Source: Rhizaria sp. SCN 62-66
Taxonomy: Eukaryota
DNA: 64,000 nucleotides
Assembly: GCA_001724265.1 (NCBI GenBank)
Contig: MEDY01000104.1
Span: forward strand, 62,001 to 126,000
Direction: 5' to 3'
Shown here: one piece after another, positions 23,673 through 36,291 of the stretch
Numbering within the stretch: position 1 is the stretch's first letter
Layout: each line of letters starts with the position of its first letter
Made by a program: the position numbers and the translations under genes
Notes under the pieces: generated by a model
Seen by the model: only the letters and a program-made list of their open reading frames with translations
Told to the model about the DNA's origin: nothing
Databases searched by the model: none

Positions 23673-25522
23673 TTAGAGGTCGAGCTCGAGGCCCTGCAGC
23701 AGGCTCTCGAGGTTGGCGTCGAGCGGGGCCTGGCGAGGCGCCACGGTCACGGGCGCGGCGCTGAGCGCCACGATGGGCTCAGCGACGGGCGACGCGGCGG
23801 CCGCGGGGAACAGCTCGAACAGGTTCGCCTCCATCTCGAGCTTCGGCGTCGCGGCGGCGGCCACGGCGGCGGCGGAGGCGGCGGGAGTGCTGGTGGGGCT
23901 ATTGGCAGCGGGCGTGGCGGCGGGGCTGGCGCGGAGGCCAAGGGGGGCGCTGCTCGAGAGCGCGCCGATGCCGACGCCGGAGGAGAAGTCCATGAGGCCC
24001 GAGTCACCGAAGGCGCCCATGGAGCCGCCGAGCGAGTCGGCCGAGGCGCCGAACGCGGCGCCCAACGCGCTACCGCCTCCGAGAGCGCCGCCACGCGCAC
24101 CGCCGAGGTTGACGGCGTCGACGGTGAACTCGACGCCGGCTGGCAGTCCCGCAACGGCGCCGGCGACGGGCACGGGCACGGGCGCGGGGCCGCTGAAGGT
24201 CACGGAGCAGGACGACGAGTCGCTGCCGTTGGCGGGCATTGCGAGGGGGCCGACGGTGGTGCAGTTGGTGGGCGAGCGCGGCAGGGGGACGGGCGCAGAC
24301 GGCGCGGGGGCAGCCTTGGCCGCTGGCGGGGCCGGCGCGGGCGCGGCCTTGGTCGCGGGCGGGGCCGGCGGGGGCACGGCCTTGGTCGCGGGTGGGGCCG
24401 GCGCGGGCACGGACTTGGTCGGCGCCGCGGCCTTGGCCTTGGCGGCGGCCGCGGGGGCGGCCGCGGGGGCGGCCGCGGGGGCGGCCGCGGCGCCGCCGGT
24501 CAGGGTCTTGGCGTCGAGCACGATGCGCTCGATCTGCGGCGAGAGCGCGGCAATGCTGAGCGCCATGCCGGGCACTTGCGCGGCGATCGAGTGCTTGAGC
24601 ATGGCCTCGGAGAGCTGGCGGTACGCGTCGGAGAGCGCGCGCACCTTGGCCGCAACGTCCATCGCCGCGCCCGCACCCGCCGAGGCCTTGGTCAGCACCA
24701 CCGGCTGCTGCTGCTGATGCGGCTGCGGCTGCGGCGCCTTGCCAGCCTTGACCTTGACAGGCTTCGCATCAACCTTGTCCGTGGCGGCCCTATCCGCGGC
24801 GGCCTTATCCGCGGCGGCTTTGTCCGCGGCGGCTTTCTCGGCGGCGGCTTTCTCGGCGGCGGCCTTCTGCGTCTGCAGCAGCTCGGGGCCGGCGGCGGCG
24901 GTGCGGCGGAACAGGTCCGCGAAGGCGCGGGCAGACTCGCCCGTCTCGAACGACAGCGCAAACTTGGTATCGGGCTCCTGGAACGTGTCGGCGCGGAAGT
25001 TCTCGTTGCGGTCCAGCGCGCGGAATGGCGCGGGGACGGTAACGACAACGTGCGAGGGCGCGGCGGGCGAGGCCGAGATGAGCTCCTCGACCGCCCACTC
25101 GGGCTGCACGCCCGCGAAGACGTCCCTGTCGCCCACGAAGCAGAGCTGGAAGAAAGGGTAGTCGGTCTTCTGGACAATAAAGCAGTTGCCATCGCGCGAG
25201 TAGGGCACGAGCGCGCCCGCGGCGTCGACCTTGGAGACGGTCACGGGCGAGTCGGAGGCGAGGATGCTGCGGACAGTCTTGCTGCACAACTTGCGCAGGG
25301 ACTCCAGCTGCTTCGGAGTCCCAGTGGTCGGGAATGTGGGCTGTATCGCGGGAGTGTAAAGATCAAGGATAGTGTGTCAGCGTCAAGTGAAGCGCGAATG
25401 TGTTGAAAAATGTGGTGAGACGCAGAGAGAGAAGTTTGGATATCACGATGGGAACGTGAGAGGTGACAAGAAAGGTCTTGTTTGCAAGCGACGTAACAGT
25501 TAATAGAACGTACCAGAGACAT
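23673..25522 (-). CDS. Dcp1-like EVH1/PH-fold protein with Ala/Pro-rich tail (558 aa)
   Basis: Micro-exon ATGTCTCTG 25522-25514, intron 25513-25341 (GTACGT..CAG), exon 25340-23673 ending TAA. LESLRK..VRSILASDSPVTV..GNCFIVQKTDYPFFQLCFV..FALSFETGESARAFADLF follows the Dcp1/EVH1 pattern but is divergent. Gene model is firmer than the family call. Confidence 0.5.
24310..24870 (-). repeat. Coding tandem repeats: (KAAA[E/D])n 15-bp units and ~33-bp KAxPxPAPPA units
   Basis: KAAAEKAAAEKAAADKAAADKAAADRAATDK at ~24775-24870 and three Pro/Ala units at ~24310-24420. Confidence 0.8.
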
Positions 25523-26109
25523 AGTATTAAGCTGTAAAAGTGTATAACACGATAGACTCAGTTGTGTCTTTGTAGCTCAAAAGACGAATTCGTTTCTTCA
25601 CGCATCTCACTTCTTTGGACGCTACCCCGAGGATGCCGCTGCCACACAGCAAATCGTTGGAGGACTTCGGCATTTAGCGGATTTGCAGTAGCCTGCTTGA
25701 TTTGCGTATGTGGTCAGATCAATAAAAACATCACTCTCAACAGTATAACAGTTTTATGTAATGATCACTTTGAAATATAATAAAGGATACATAGGGCTCC
25801 GTGATATAATATTGTTTTTTATTGTATTGACTTTCTTCTTCTCCTTCCTATTACTCACAACAGAACTTCGCACATGACTTGAACGTCGTCGCACACTTAC
25901 AAAGTACACGAGAGCCGTGTCATAATTGCGATGGTAACAACAACAAACATTCAAATACAATATCAAAACACATGTTTTCATCGTCTTTTCATAAAATAAC
26001 CCCATAATTACACCATAATATTAATAATAACGCACATCCAATAAACTCTTGAGTTAACCCACAAGCTGAGCAAAAGCAATGCAAAGCACGCGTGCTTAAT
26101 CACGCGTGC

Positions 26110-29100
26110 TTAAGCGAGCATGTCCTCTGCGTCGACGCCGGTGTCCTCGCCCGCCACAGCGCCCGCCGCGGCGCCCGCGGCCTCAGGCCCCTCCTCGAGC
26201 GCGCTGAAGCGGTGGAAGTGCGCGGGGCGGTGGGCCTCGTGGTAAAACTCCTTGGGGTTCTCGAGCCGGAGCCCGTAGCGCATGCCCGCGCTGTGTTTGA
26301 CGCCCATAAAGCTGTAGTTCCACACGCCGCCTGCGTCGGGCACCATGAAGAAGCCCAGGAAGCGGTCCGACAGCAGCGTCTGCACCTTGGCGAAATGCCC
26401 GGGCGCGTAACCGGCCGGGTTGACCATCGCGCTGCCGCCCGCGCCGGCGCCCGCGGCCGACTCGGGCTTGGCGGCGCGGCCCCACTGCACGCCCGCAGGC
26501 GTGAGCCGGTACGCCGTCAGCGAGCAGGAGCCCGGCGTGAAGGCCACCGTGAGCGTGACCGCGGACGCGACGTCCCAGCCCCAGTCCGACCCTCCGCCGG
26601 CGACGCGGCGCGCGTGGAAGGCGCAGTCCTGGGGCGCGAGCACGGGGAGCTCGTTGGGCTGCGTGTGGATCCAGCCCAGCGGCTCGAGCCCGTCCAGGTG
26701 CGGGTGCGCGGGCGCGTGCTCGGGCAGCGTCACGGTCGCGTTAGTGCCGTGCTGCGGTGGCATCACGATGCACCGGATCTCCTTGACGCGCGGGTTGTCC
26801 GCGGGCGACACGCCGTACATAAGGCCCGCGACCTGCGTGCGGAGGTCCGAGGCCGTGACGAAGCGCCGCAGCAGGTTGTTGGGCAGTACGTACGTCAGGC
26901 CGCCGTCGTCGACGTCGTCGGCCGAGACGTAGACCTGCTTGGTGCGCGCGTGCAGCGTGCTGGCGCTGATAGCCCGCACGCGCCAGTCCGTCTTGCTGCT
27001 GAAGACGCGTCGCTCGTAGTTGCTGGTGTGCGCAACTGCGACCTCGTTGCCCAGCGCGTCAACAGACTTGGTCATGACCGCCGTGAGCGCATCCGCGGCG
27101 GCCGAGGACGCGGCGCCCGCGCCCTGGCGCTCGACCTCGGCGATCTGCTCGCGCTGTTGTGACGGCGCGGAGATCTCGGCGCCGAGGATGATGTCGCGGA
27201 TCTCGGACTGCGTCAGCGCCGCGATGTTGACGTTGTTCTTCTTGCCGAAGTCGGCGAGAATGAGGTCCTCGAGCTGGCGCTCGACCTCGCGCCACTCCTC
27301 GTCGCTGAGCGTCGGCCACAGGTGCTGTTCTTGAGTCACCACGGCCTTGTGCGGGCGCAGGATCGCCTTGGCGCGCGGCGTGTTGACGTGCAGCGCGCGC
27401 AGCAGCAACAACAGGCGCGAGAAGCACGTGTAGCTCGAGTTGACGCGCGGCCAGTCGTCGTAAAGCGACCACAGACAGCTCTTGGGCCCGTCGGCGCGCG
27501 CGACCAGGTCGCCCAGCTTGTCGACCTGCAGCAGCGCCTTGAACGGGATCTGGAGCTCGGAGCCCTTGATGACGATGTTGGGGAAGTCCACGCACTGCGT
27601 CTCCATCGGGTCCAGCAACGTCTTGCGCGTCACGATCAGCTGCTTCGGCTGCTCCTCGGTCGGCGAGGACCGGATCAGCGCGCACACCTCCTCGGCCGTC
27701 TTCCAGCGCGCGAGCTGCGTGAGACGCTTCTGGCCCGCCCACACGCTCGTGTGGATGACCTTGAGGTAGAGGCGGCCCGAGCGCGGGTTCACGACGAGGA
27801 TGGCGCCGTTGACGGGCTTGGTGACGGTGTTGCCCTCGGCCGTCTTGTGGATGTTGGCCAGGTACACGACGCTGTCGTCGACGAACCACGTCGTCGTGTC
27901 CGAGAAGAGCTCCGAGTAGTTCTGTGACGACAGGTACGGCTCGGTGGGCTCGGAGGAGTAGAGCTGCAGCGCCTTGCGCAGACGCTCGCGTAGCACGTAC
28001 AGCGCCGGGTTGGCCTTCATGATCTTGGCCATGGCCTGCTGCATCAGCATCTTGACGCCCGGGATGAAGTTGCCGTAGCCCGAGTAGAGGTTGTAGGCCA
28101 GGTCGACGCCCAGCAGCAGCCCCGTGGGGGACGGGTAGAGCGAGTTGGAGGACGAGTAGTCGAGGAACTTGCCGCGCACGTGGCGCTCGATGTCGTGCGA
28201 ATCGTAGTCGCCCCAGCGCAGCTGCACGTCGAGCCAGTACTTAGTCGCCGTGAGCCCTGTGTAGGAGTCCTCGCGGTCCGTGAGCAGCGAGTAGTCCGAC
28301 ACGGGCCACTTATACGCCGCCAGAAGCAGAATGTCCGCGCATGATGCGTCCATCTTGTACGACTTGCGCGGGTGGATCGTCTCCTTCTGCACCGTCTCAA
28401 TCTGCAGCGCCTCCAGCTCCTGAGAGAATGGTGAAAGTATGGAAATAGCGAAAGACATTGTGAGTGAAGTACAGTTAAAAGATGTAAAAACGACAGTAAG
28501 ACATTAAATTCACTTCGTAGTTAAGAGAATAATTCTTAAATGCAATATTTTTAAGGGAAATTGTTTCACTATTCCGTACCTGGTCGAGGACCTGACAGAG
28601 GTCCATGACGAGCGACTCGTGGATTTTTTGCCACAGGTGCGCACGGAAGATCTGCAGCAGCGAGACCTTGAGCGTGGGCATCTTGCCGTGCATGTAAATG
28701 CCCGTGAGGTCGAGCTGGACCTGGAAGCCGACGTAAACGTTGGAGCGGTTGATCGTGGGCGACCACCAAAGCACGAAGCGACGGTTGGGGATTTGGTTCA
28801 AACCGCTGCGCTGCGCGTTGGTGAGCTTCTTGTACTGCATCGAGTCCTCGAACGAGCTCGTCTTCTCCCAGAACAGGCCCTCCCACGTGGGGAAGTACGT
28901 GGCCTTGAAGAGCGTGTGCTCGAGAATGCCCTCGACGCCGCCCAACGCCTGCATCATGTCCGAGCGGTAGTTGTTGAGCGACCAGAGCTTACCTTCGTGC
29001 TTCTGGTTCGTCCACCAGAAGGGGTTATAGCGCGTCTGCGTGTACTGGCGCCACTCGGTGCGCACGCGCCACCCGCGGTCGTACGCCAGCGTCTGCCGGT

Positions 29101-32100
29101 CCTTGGCGAAGAGCGTGTTGATGCGCGGCACACCGCGGTCCCACAGGTCCTCCAAGTCTTCCAGTGTCAGACGCCGGTTGTTGGCCTCGGCGGCGTCGTA
29201 GCGCGTCTTGTAGTCAGCCCACACGCGGCGCGACTCGAGGAACTCGGTCTCCCACGGCTGCAGGTAGCGGTACAGGTTGGGGATGTCCTCGTCCTCGCCG
29301 TGCGTCATGCCCGCGCGGAAGTGCGTCGCCGCCAGCGTCGTCTCCTTGCCGTAGCGACGGTCCGACTGCGGAATCAGCACGTGGCCCATCGACAGCATTC
29401 CCAGCCCGCCCAGCTCCTTGGGCGAGTAGAACACCGTCGGCGGGAAACGCGTCGGCATCTTGGAGTTGAGCCCGATCTTGATGCGCGTCTGCATGCGGTT
29501 CTCGCACTTGACGAGCAGATCGAGCATCTCCTCCGTCTGCGTCACCGCCTCGCGGTAGTAAGTCATGAAGCTCAGCACAGCCGTGTTCCACTTGGACGCG
29601 ATCTTGACAAAAGTCGTCGCGCCCGACGACAGCAAGATGTGCCTGATCCGGTTGTTGAACGCGGTGATGGCCTTCTGCTCGACGCGCAGGAAAGCGACAG
29701 CGGTACGCTCCTTAGTGCGCTCGTTCTGGAGCCCCCAGGTGCCGTCGCGCAGAGAGAACTCCTCGGTGTCGAGGCGCGAGCAGGGCACGATACGAACCTC
29801 GAAGCCCGCCATGGCAAAGAGCAGGTTCGGGTTGTCGCGCGAGTACACGGACACGAAGGACTCTGCCCACTCGAGCGTTGTGATGGAGCGCGGAAGGCGG
29901 TTGCGCATCTCCCAGAAGACTGCGCGGCCGAGGTTCACGTCGTGCTTGAGCAGCCGCATGCGGCAGTCGCGCGGCCAGCACTTCTTGTTGTCGTAGTCGA
30001 CCAGGTTCTCGTTGTTCGGGTCCGGGTTCTCGGTCAGGAAGCGCTGCGTGAGGTCCTTGGCCTCGTCGCCGTCGAGCTTGAGCACCATGTACACGCGGTC
30101 GTTGTAGCGGCAGTAGAGCCGAATCGGGTGCCGCGTCTCGGTCTCGGCGTCCTCGGGCGCGTAGTCGGGCGAGAAGACGCCGAAGGGGCGCGGGCGCGTC
30201 GGGGGGCCCGCCAGCTCCGAGGCGCGCACCAGCCCCAGCAGCAGCAGGTCGAGCACGAGCGCGTAGCACTGGAAAAGGAAGGACGAGAACTCGAGGCCGC
30301 GGATGAGTCCGTAGGAGTTGACGTGGTTCATGTCCTTGTACGACAGCGAAACGTCGTTCTTGCCCGTCATGTAGTCCGCCAGCGCCGGATCCACGAGGCG
30401 CCGCAGCAGGCGGTTCAGCAGCACCAGGTCGACCTTCTCGTAGACCTGCGAGAGCGAGGTCTCAAGCAACACCATCGACTGGCCCTCGGCCGTGTCCCAG
30501 GCTCCGGTGAGGTTGTTGACGGCCTGCGCAAGCTTGTACACCAGCATCGGCGGCGGCTCCGTGTCCGCAGGCTTGACCCAGCTGGGGAAGAGCGAGCGGC
30601 GCGACGCCTCGTACCACAGATACTGGTCCAGGTACGCGTCGGTGATCTTCTCCAGCGGATCGATGAGGTACACAGGCGTGAGGTGTGAGTACTGGTCGAA
30701 ATACTCGATGCCCACCTCCTTGAAGGCGCGCACCGTCAGCAGCGCCTTTTTGATGCGCGCCAGCGTGTCGTGCGGGTTGTCGAAGCCCTTCTCGATGAGG
30801 CCCAGCTCCTCGCGCTGCGCCGCGTTGAGCCGCGTCACGGACACGTACTGGTCCTTGAGCCGGTCGAGCGCGAGCGTGAGGATCTTGGTGTCGTACTTGT
30901 AGTTGGCCGGCGGGAACGGGATGGGCGCGTAGCGGCGCGACTCGAGCCAGTTAGTCATCGTCGTCAGGATCGCGGCCGCCTCCTCGGGCGTCACGTAGGG
31001 GCCGTCCTTGCGGTAGTTGTGCTGGCGCTCCTGCTCGGCCTTGAGCGCGAGCCGCGTGAGCCGGCCCAGGTTCTTGCGCGCGACCGTCTTGTCCACCGTC
31101 GCGCCGCGGCGGATGCGCTCGCGGTTGTAGTAGGCCACGTTGGTCCACCAGTCGGCCTTGGCCTTGACGTAACGCAGGATCATCGCCTCAACCGGCGCGG
31201 GCATGCCCGGGACCTTCCAGGGCAGGTTAGCGCGCCAGCAGCGCCAGGCCTCGGCCAGGTGCTGCGTGATGGCGCGCGTCTTGACGGCCTTGACGCCGTC
31301 GGGCACCATGTCCAGGATGTCCTGCATCACCGCGTGCCGCAGCTCCAAGTCGTAGGTCGACTCGATGCGCTGCTTCGACAGCGACTTGACCACGCCCTTG
31401 GTGGGGCGGCCCTCGAACTGGCGCGCAAGCAGGTTGCCCAGCCAGTGCTCCAGCAGCGGCACGATGCCGCGCAGGAAAAACATCCACACGCGCCAGAGCG
31501 GAGCCCAGAAGCCCACGCCGGGGCCCTCTCCGACGGGGCCGGAGTTGAAGCGGTGGCAGATCAGGTTGTTCAGGTCCTTGCATTGACGCACCTAGAGATA
31601 GATCACAAATAAAACAAAAATATAACAAATAGACATGTGAGACTATTGAAAATTAAAATAATGATTCATTTCATATTGATGTCATATTCAACTGATATAA
31701 TATCTCTTTGTGAAAGTAGTTCTCGAGTCTGAGACGGACCTGGCGCATGACGCGGTACTTGTAGCGGTAGATGGCGGTGAGGTGGCCGACATTTGAGAAG
31801 AGGAACTGGAGCCCGTCGGCGAGCTGGAAGGCGTCGACGTCGCCCAGGCGGTACTTAACGTGGCAGTCGACGACGAACTTGGTCAGGCGCAGGACCTCAC
31901 CCATGAGGTAGAAGGAGTTGCCGAAGCGGCTCTTCTTGCGTTCCTTGGTCGTCAGCGTGCGCGTGGGCTTGAGCACGAAGTTGTAGTTGAGGTGCAGGTA
32001 CGCGACGTTTTTGCGGTGGATGAGCAGGTTGAGCATGTTGTGGCCCTGGCGGCAGACCTGCAGCCCCGCCTCGACCCAGTCCAGCGTCGTCGACTGGAAG

Positions 32101-33835
32101 AACCCAGTGCGCGCGAGGCCAGTAAAAAGCGAGCGGCGCTGCACGGCGCGCGGGGGCTGGCGGTGCAGCTGCCCGAGCACCCAGTGCTTGAGCAGCTTCT
32201 GGTACGACACGCGCAGCTCGCGGCTCGCATCGCGCGGCAGCCGCTCCTTGTACCACTCGCCGACCAGGGCCACGTCCTGCGCGCGCCTCGTGGCGCCCGC
32301 GCGCGCGCTGAAGGGCGCGGCGGCGTGGTAGAGCCCGATGCCGTCGGCCGTGCCGTCCAGTGACAGCGACAGCGCCTCCAGGGGCGCGCCCACGCCCTCG
32401 GGCAGCAAGAAGCCCGGACTGCGACCGCTGCCGCTGTCGGCAGCGTCGAGCGCGGCGTAGGCCTCGTTGTCGGCGGCCAGCAGCGCCTCGAGCTCGCGCT
32501 CGGCGGCGGCCTCGGCGGCGGCGAGCGCGCGGTGCGTGGAGCGCAGCGAGGTGACGGGGTACACCACGGGGTCGAAGAAGAAGGCCGGCAGGTCGGGGTC
32601 GTCGGGCCGCACGTACACGGAGCAGGGCGCGTGGTAGCGGTCCAGCTCCACCTTGCGCGGCCGGCTGTTGTACACGTTGGGGAAGGCGACGCGGTACTCG
32701 GTGCGGATCGCGCGCCGGATGATGAGCTTCTTGATGTCGTTGAACTCGTCCCAGTCGGCCGCGGCGTCGGCGGCGCCGCCCTGGTCGGGAAACAGAGGCT
32801 CGAACGAGGGGCCGCCCGGGATGGCGAGCCCCAGCGCCTTGGCCGTCATGAAGGACCGCTGGTTGAACAGGTAGAAGGCGTTGGCGTCGCTGGCGTCGGG
32901 AAGGAGCACCGAGGCCAGGCGGTACAGGTTCGCCAGCACCGGCACGTCGAGTCGGTAGTTGCGATACGAGGGCCCGTTCACGACGCCCTTGGCCGTGGCG
33001 AGCGGCCGGTGATCGTAAAACCAGTCAAAGACGGGGTCGTCCTCGTCCTCGTCGAGCTCCAGCTGCACCGGCTCCAGCGGCGGCTCCACGCCCAGCAGCG
33101 AGTCCCCCCAGTCCAGCGGCGGCTCCTCGTCGTCGAACGGAGGGAAGTGCATGCGCTTGAAGTTCGTGCGGTCGTGCTTCTCGCGGCGCATAGCAACCCA
33201 CATCGTCGCCCACTGTGCCGTGTACACGGGCGCGATGACGCGCGGAACCTCGTTGACGAAGGTGATGGCGCCGGTCGCATGGTACAGCACCTTGACCTCG
33301 CGCGCCTGCTCCCAAGGCATCGGCACGTTCTCCAGCAGCTTGTATACCGCGTGCGGGACATACTTGAGCGCGCCCAGGTACACGCGCTTGTCGTGCCGGA
33401 AGCGGTTCGTCGACATGTCGCCGTGATCCTTGATCACTTTGCGCAAGTACTCCGGCGGCATCTCGGCCCGCGAGGCCGCATGCGCAGCGGCGGCGGCGCC
33501 CGAGGACGTCGAGGCCGTGCGGCGCGCGCGGGCCGCCTTGGAGACGAAGCGCTTGTGGTTCAGCTGCGCCCAGGCCTTGGCCTTGGCGTCCAGGCGGCTG
33601 AAGGAAAGCAAATAAAGTGACGGGAGAGCGAATGGAAAGAAAGTGAGCGCGTGAGAACGAATAGGCGAGATAAGTTCCAAGTTTGAACAGACAAAAGTGA
33701 AGAAAAAAACAGGATAATTTGGAATGAGCAGTCATTTAGCACAATAGTAAGCGTTTGTTGTCCATAAAATGACAGGACGTACGCTGTGTCGAGCACAATG
33801 CCGCCGATGTCCGTCATGGGCGCGGCAGCAGACAT
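26110..33835 (-). CDS. PRPF8: Pre-mRNA splicing factor Prp8 (2,410 aa)
   Basis: Exons 33835-33783, 33597-31740, 31591-28580, 28419-26110; three GT-AG introns conserve frame. Hallmarks [77 protein letters not shown]. Confidence 0.99.
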
Positions 33836-34768
33836 TGTGTGGTGTTTGTCGGATCAGAGCCAGCACAGGGCTGTACTGGGGCTGTGTGGGGACTGCGGGA
33901 AAAAGCCCAAGTCAGAGCCGACCTCGGAGAGCGAGTCTGCTGGTCTGTTCCGGCGTTGCGGGCGCGCGCGGGGGCGGGCGGGCAGTAGGCGCGGCGCGGC
34001 GGGAAAGGGGCGCTCTGCTCGCCGGCGGGGGAGAGAGACTTCGGGGGGGTTGAGAGGGGAAAAAGGAACTTTGCTGCACGAAACAGAAAAGCCCTGATGA
34101 TTTAAATGGTGAAATACACGGGGAACACAGAACAAAGCAAAATTGGTGAATATGGAGACGTGGGTGAAGCGAGGCGAATAGCCAACTGCACGGTGTGCGA
34201 GAGGGCGGTTAGAGTTCCGTTGAGATGATAGATCGTCGCCAGACAACCGTCAGGAGAAATATGGAAGACATCAGAAATAGAATAACGTCTCTACACTTTA
34301 TAAATTAAATTCAAATTTGATTATACCACACACAGCATCCCCTACACCTCAAAGACCACTGATCCTCGTTCGAACTTGTAAGGGCTGTGCGCCGAGTCGT
34401 GGTCAGCTGGCGTGGACCGAGAAATTCGGTCAGTTGCAGAGAGTGACCGTGGGCAGTGGCCAGCGGTTGACCACACACACAGCTCTAGGTCAGATCCAAG
34501 TTCAAAATGGCTCCAGATCTCTTTCCTTGCGACGTGCTTTCGCTGTGTAGTTTGCTGTGTGGTGTTTATTTGGTGTAATCTATCTATTTTTATTTGTGCA
34601 AGTTTCTTCCGACGGACTAGGCCTCGGATCTTGTTGGCTTTTTACGCCCGAAATGATCTCGTGGTGGAATTGCACTTCCATCATCTCACCCGTCTCTCAC
34701 GCCCTTGATTCTCACTCTCTCTTTCTGTATTTACTTTACTTGTGTAGGGCGCCCCTGTTTTACAACAG

Positions 34769-35845
34769 ATGTCGAACGCCAACTGTACGTACCCCGATCT
34801 ACCTTGTCTATTCCCCTCTTGTCTACCTGCTTCTTCGAAGCTTGTCTCCGACTACCCTTGTTCTTTCCTCTTTCCCTGGTCGCAGCCCACAACAATCTCA
34901 CTCACCTCCTTCATCTCTTATCTCCTAACATACTTCACAACTTTAAATGTGCGTCTATTTTACCTTTAGACTCGCTGACGACGTTCTCGCCCACGGGCAA
35001 GCTCACCCAGATTGACCACGCCCTGACGGCCGTCGGCAATGGCCTCACCGCGCTGGGCATCAAGGCCACCAACGGCGTTGTGATCGCCACCAAGAAGAGC
35101 TCCACCTCGCCGCTCGCCGACGAGTCCTCCGTGGAGAAGATCGCGCTGGCGTCGCAGAACATCGGCATGACCTACGCCGGGCTGGGCCCCGACTTCCGCG
35201 TGCTGACGGCCAAGGGCCGCAAGCAGGTGCAGCAGTACTGGCTTATGTACAAGGACCAGATCCCCGTCTCGCAGTTTGTCCAGCGCACCGCGGGCGTCGC
35301 GCAGGAGTTTACGCAGTCCGGCGGCGTGCGCCCCTTCGGCGTCTCGCTCCTCGTCGCCGGCTACGACGACGAGGGACCCCAGCTCTACCAGGTACGTCGT
35401 CGCAACGTATACATATGTTATAGCGCCGATGAACACATTTATCGGTACATCTTGTGTCTGCCTTTTTTTACTAAGTTTTACTGCACTATGTTGTCTCTGT
35501 TTCGTGTGAGTTGTACTTCACGTCGCTCACATCTTCTTCTTCAACACTCGCACTACATCATTTCTTTTATGTTCCATCTAGGTCGACCCCTCCGGCTCCT
35601 ACTGGGCGTGGAAGGCCGCCGCGATCGGCAACAAGGCCAAGAACGCGCGCGGCTTCCTGGAGAAGCGCTACGCGGCGGACATGGAGATCGAGGACGCGAT
35701 CCACACCGCGATCCTGACGCTCAAGGAGGACTTCGAAGGCGAGGTCACCGCGCACAACATCGAGGTGGGCGTCATCCGCGCCGACCGGCAGTTTAAGGTG
35801 CTCACGCCCGAGGAGATCGGCGAGTACATTGCTGAGGCCGCGTAA
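34769..35845 (+). CDS. PSMA2: 20S proteasome subunit alpha-2 (233 aa)
   Basis: Exons 34769-34784, 34970-35391, 35582-35845. YSLTTFSPTGKLTQI, GIKATNGVV, TQSGGVRPFGVSLL, LYQVDPSGSYWAWKA, FLEKRY. Confidence 0.97.
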
Positions 35846-36291
35846 GCGCCGCGGGACTCATCGCAACGCGACTCTGCGAATGTGAAGACTGCAACTGTCG
35901 ATGGCGGATGGTGACGACACACGAAACTTAGATACTTAATCATGATGAGACGCGTGACTGCGTGGTCTCTCTGTATTACTTACAAAGAATTACATACCTA
36001 ATGTATAATAACAATCCTAAAACAATCTAAAAAACAAAAACAAAAACCATTTCTAAACAAAAACCATCAATAAAAACAAAAATTACTTGACGCGGACACG
36101 AACTAGAACATGTTACTAAAGCTTAAAGTAGAATGAAATTGAATATACTGAAATTGAAGATACATTGTGTATGTCAATAAGAACTTGTTTTTGCTATATA
36201 ACATCATCACTTTCTAATTACTCTCTTTTTTTTTCGCAAATATCACAAACCTTAATCAGCAGTGACAGTTTCGACTTACTACCAACACTCT

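Noticed and set aside
28860-28885. Prp8 intein at the canonical FWEKA|SGFEE site
   Set aside because: Sequence reads [11 protein letters not shown] continuously; total length 2,410 aa leaves no room for an intein.
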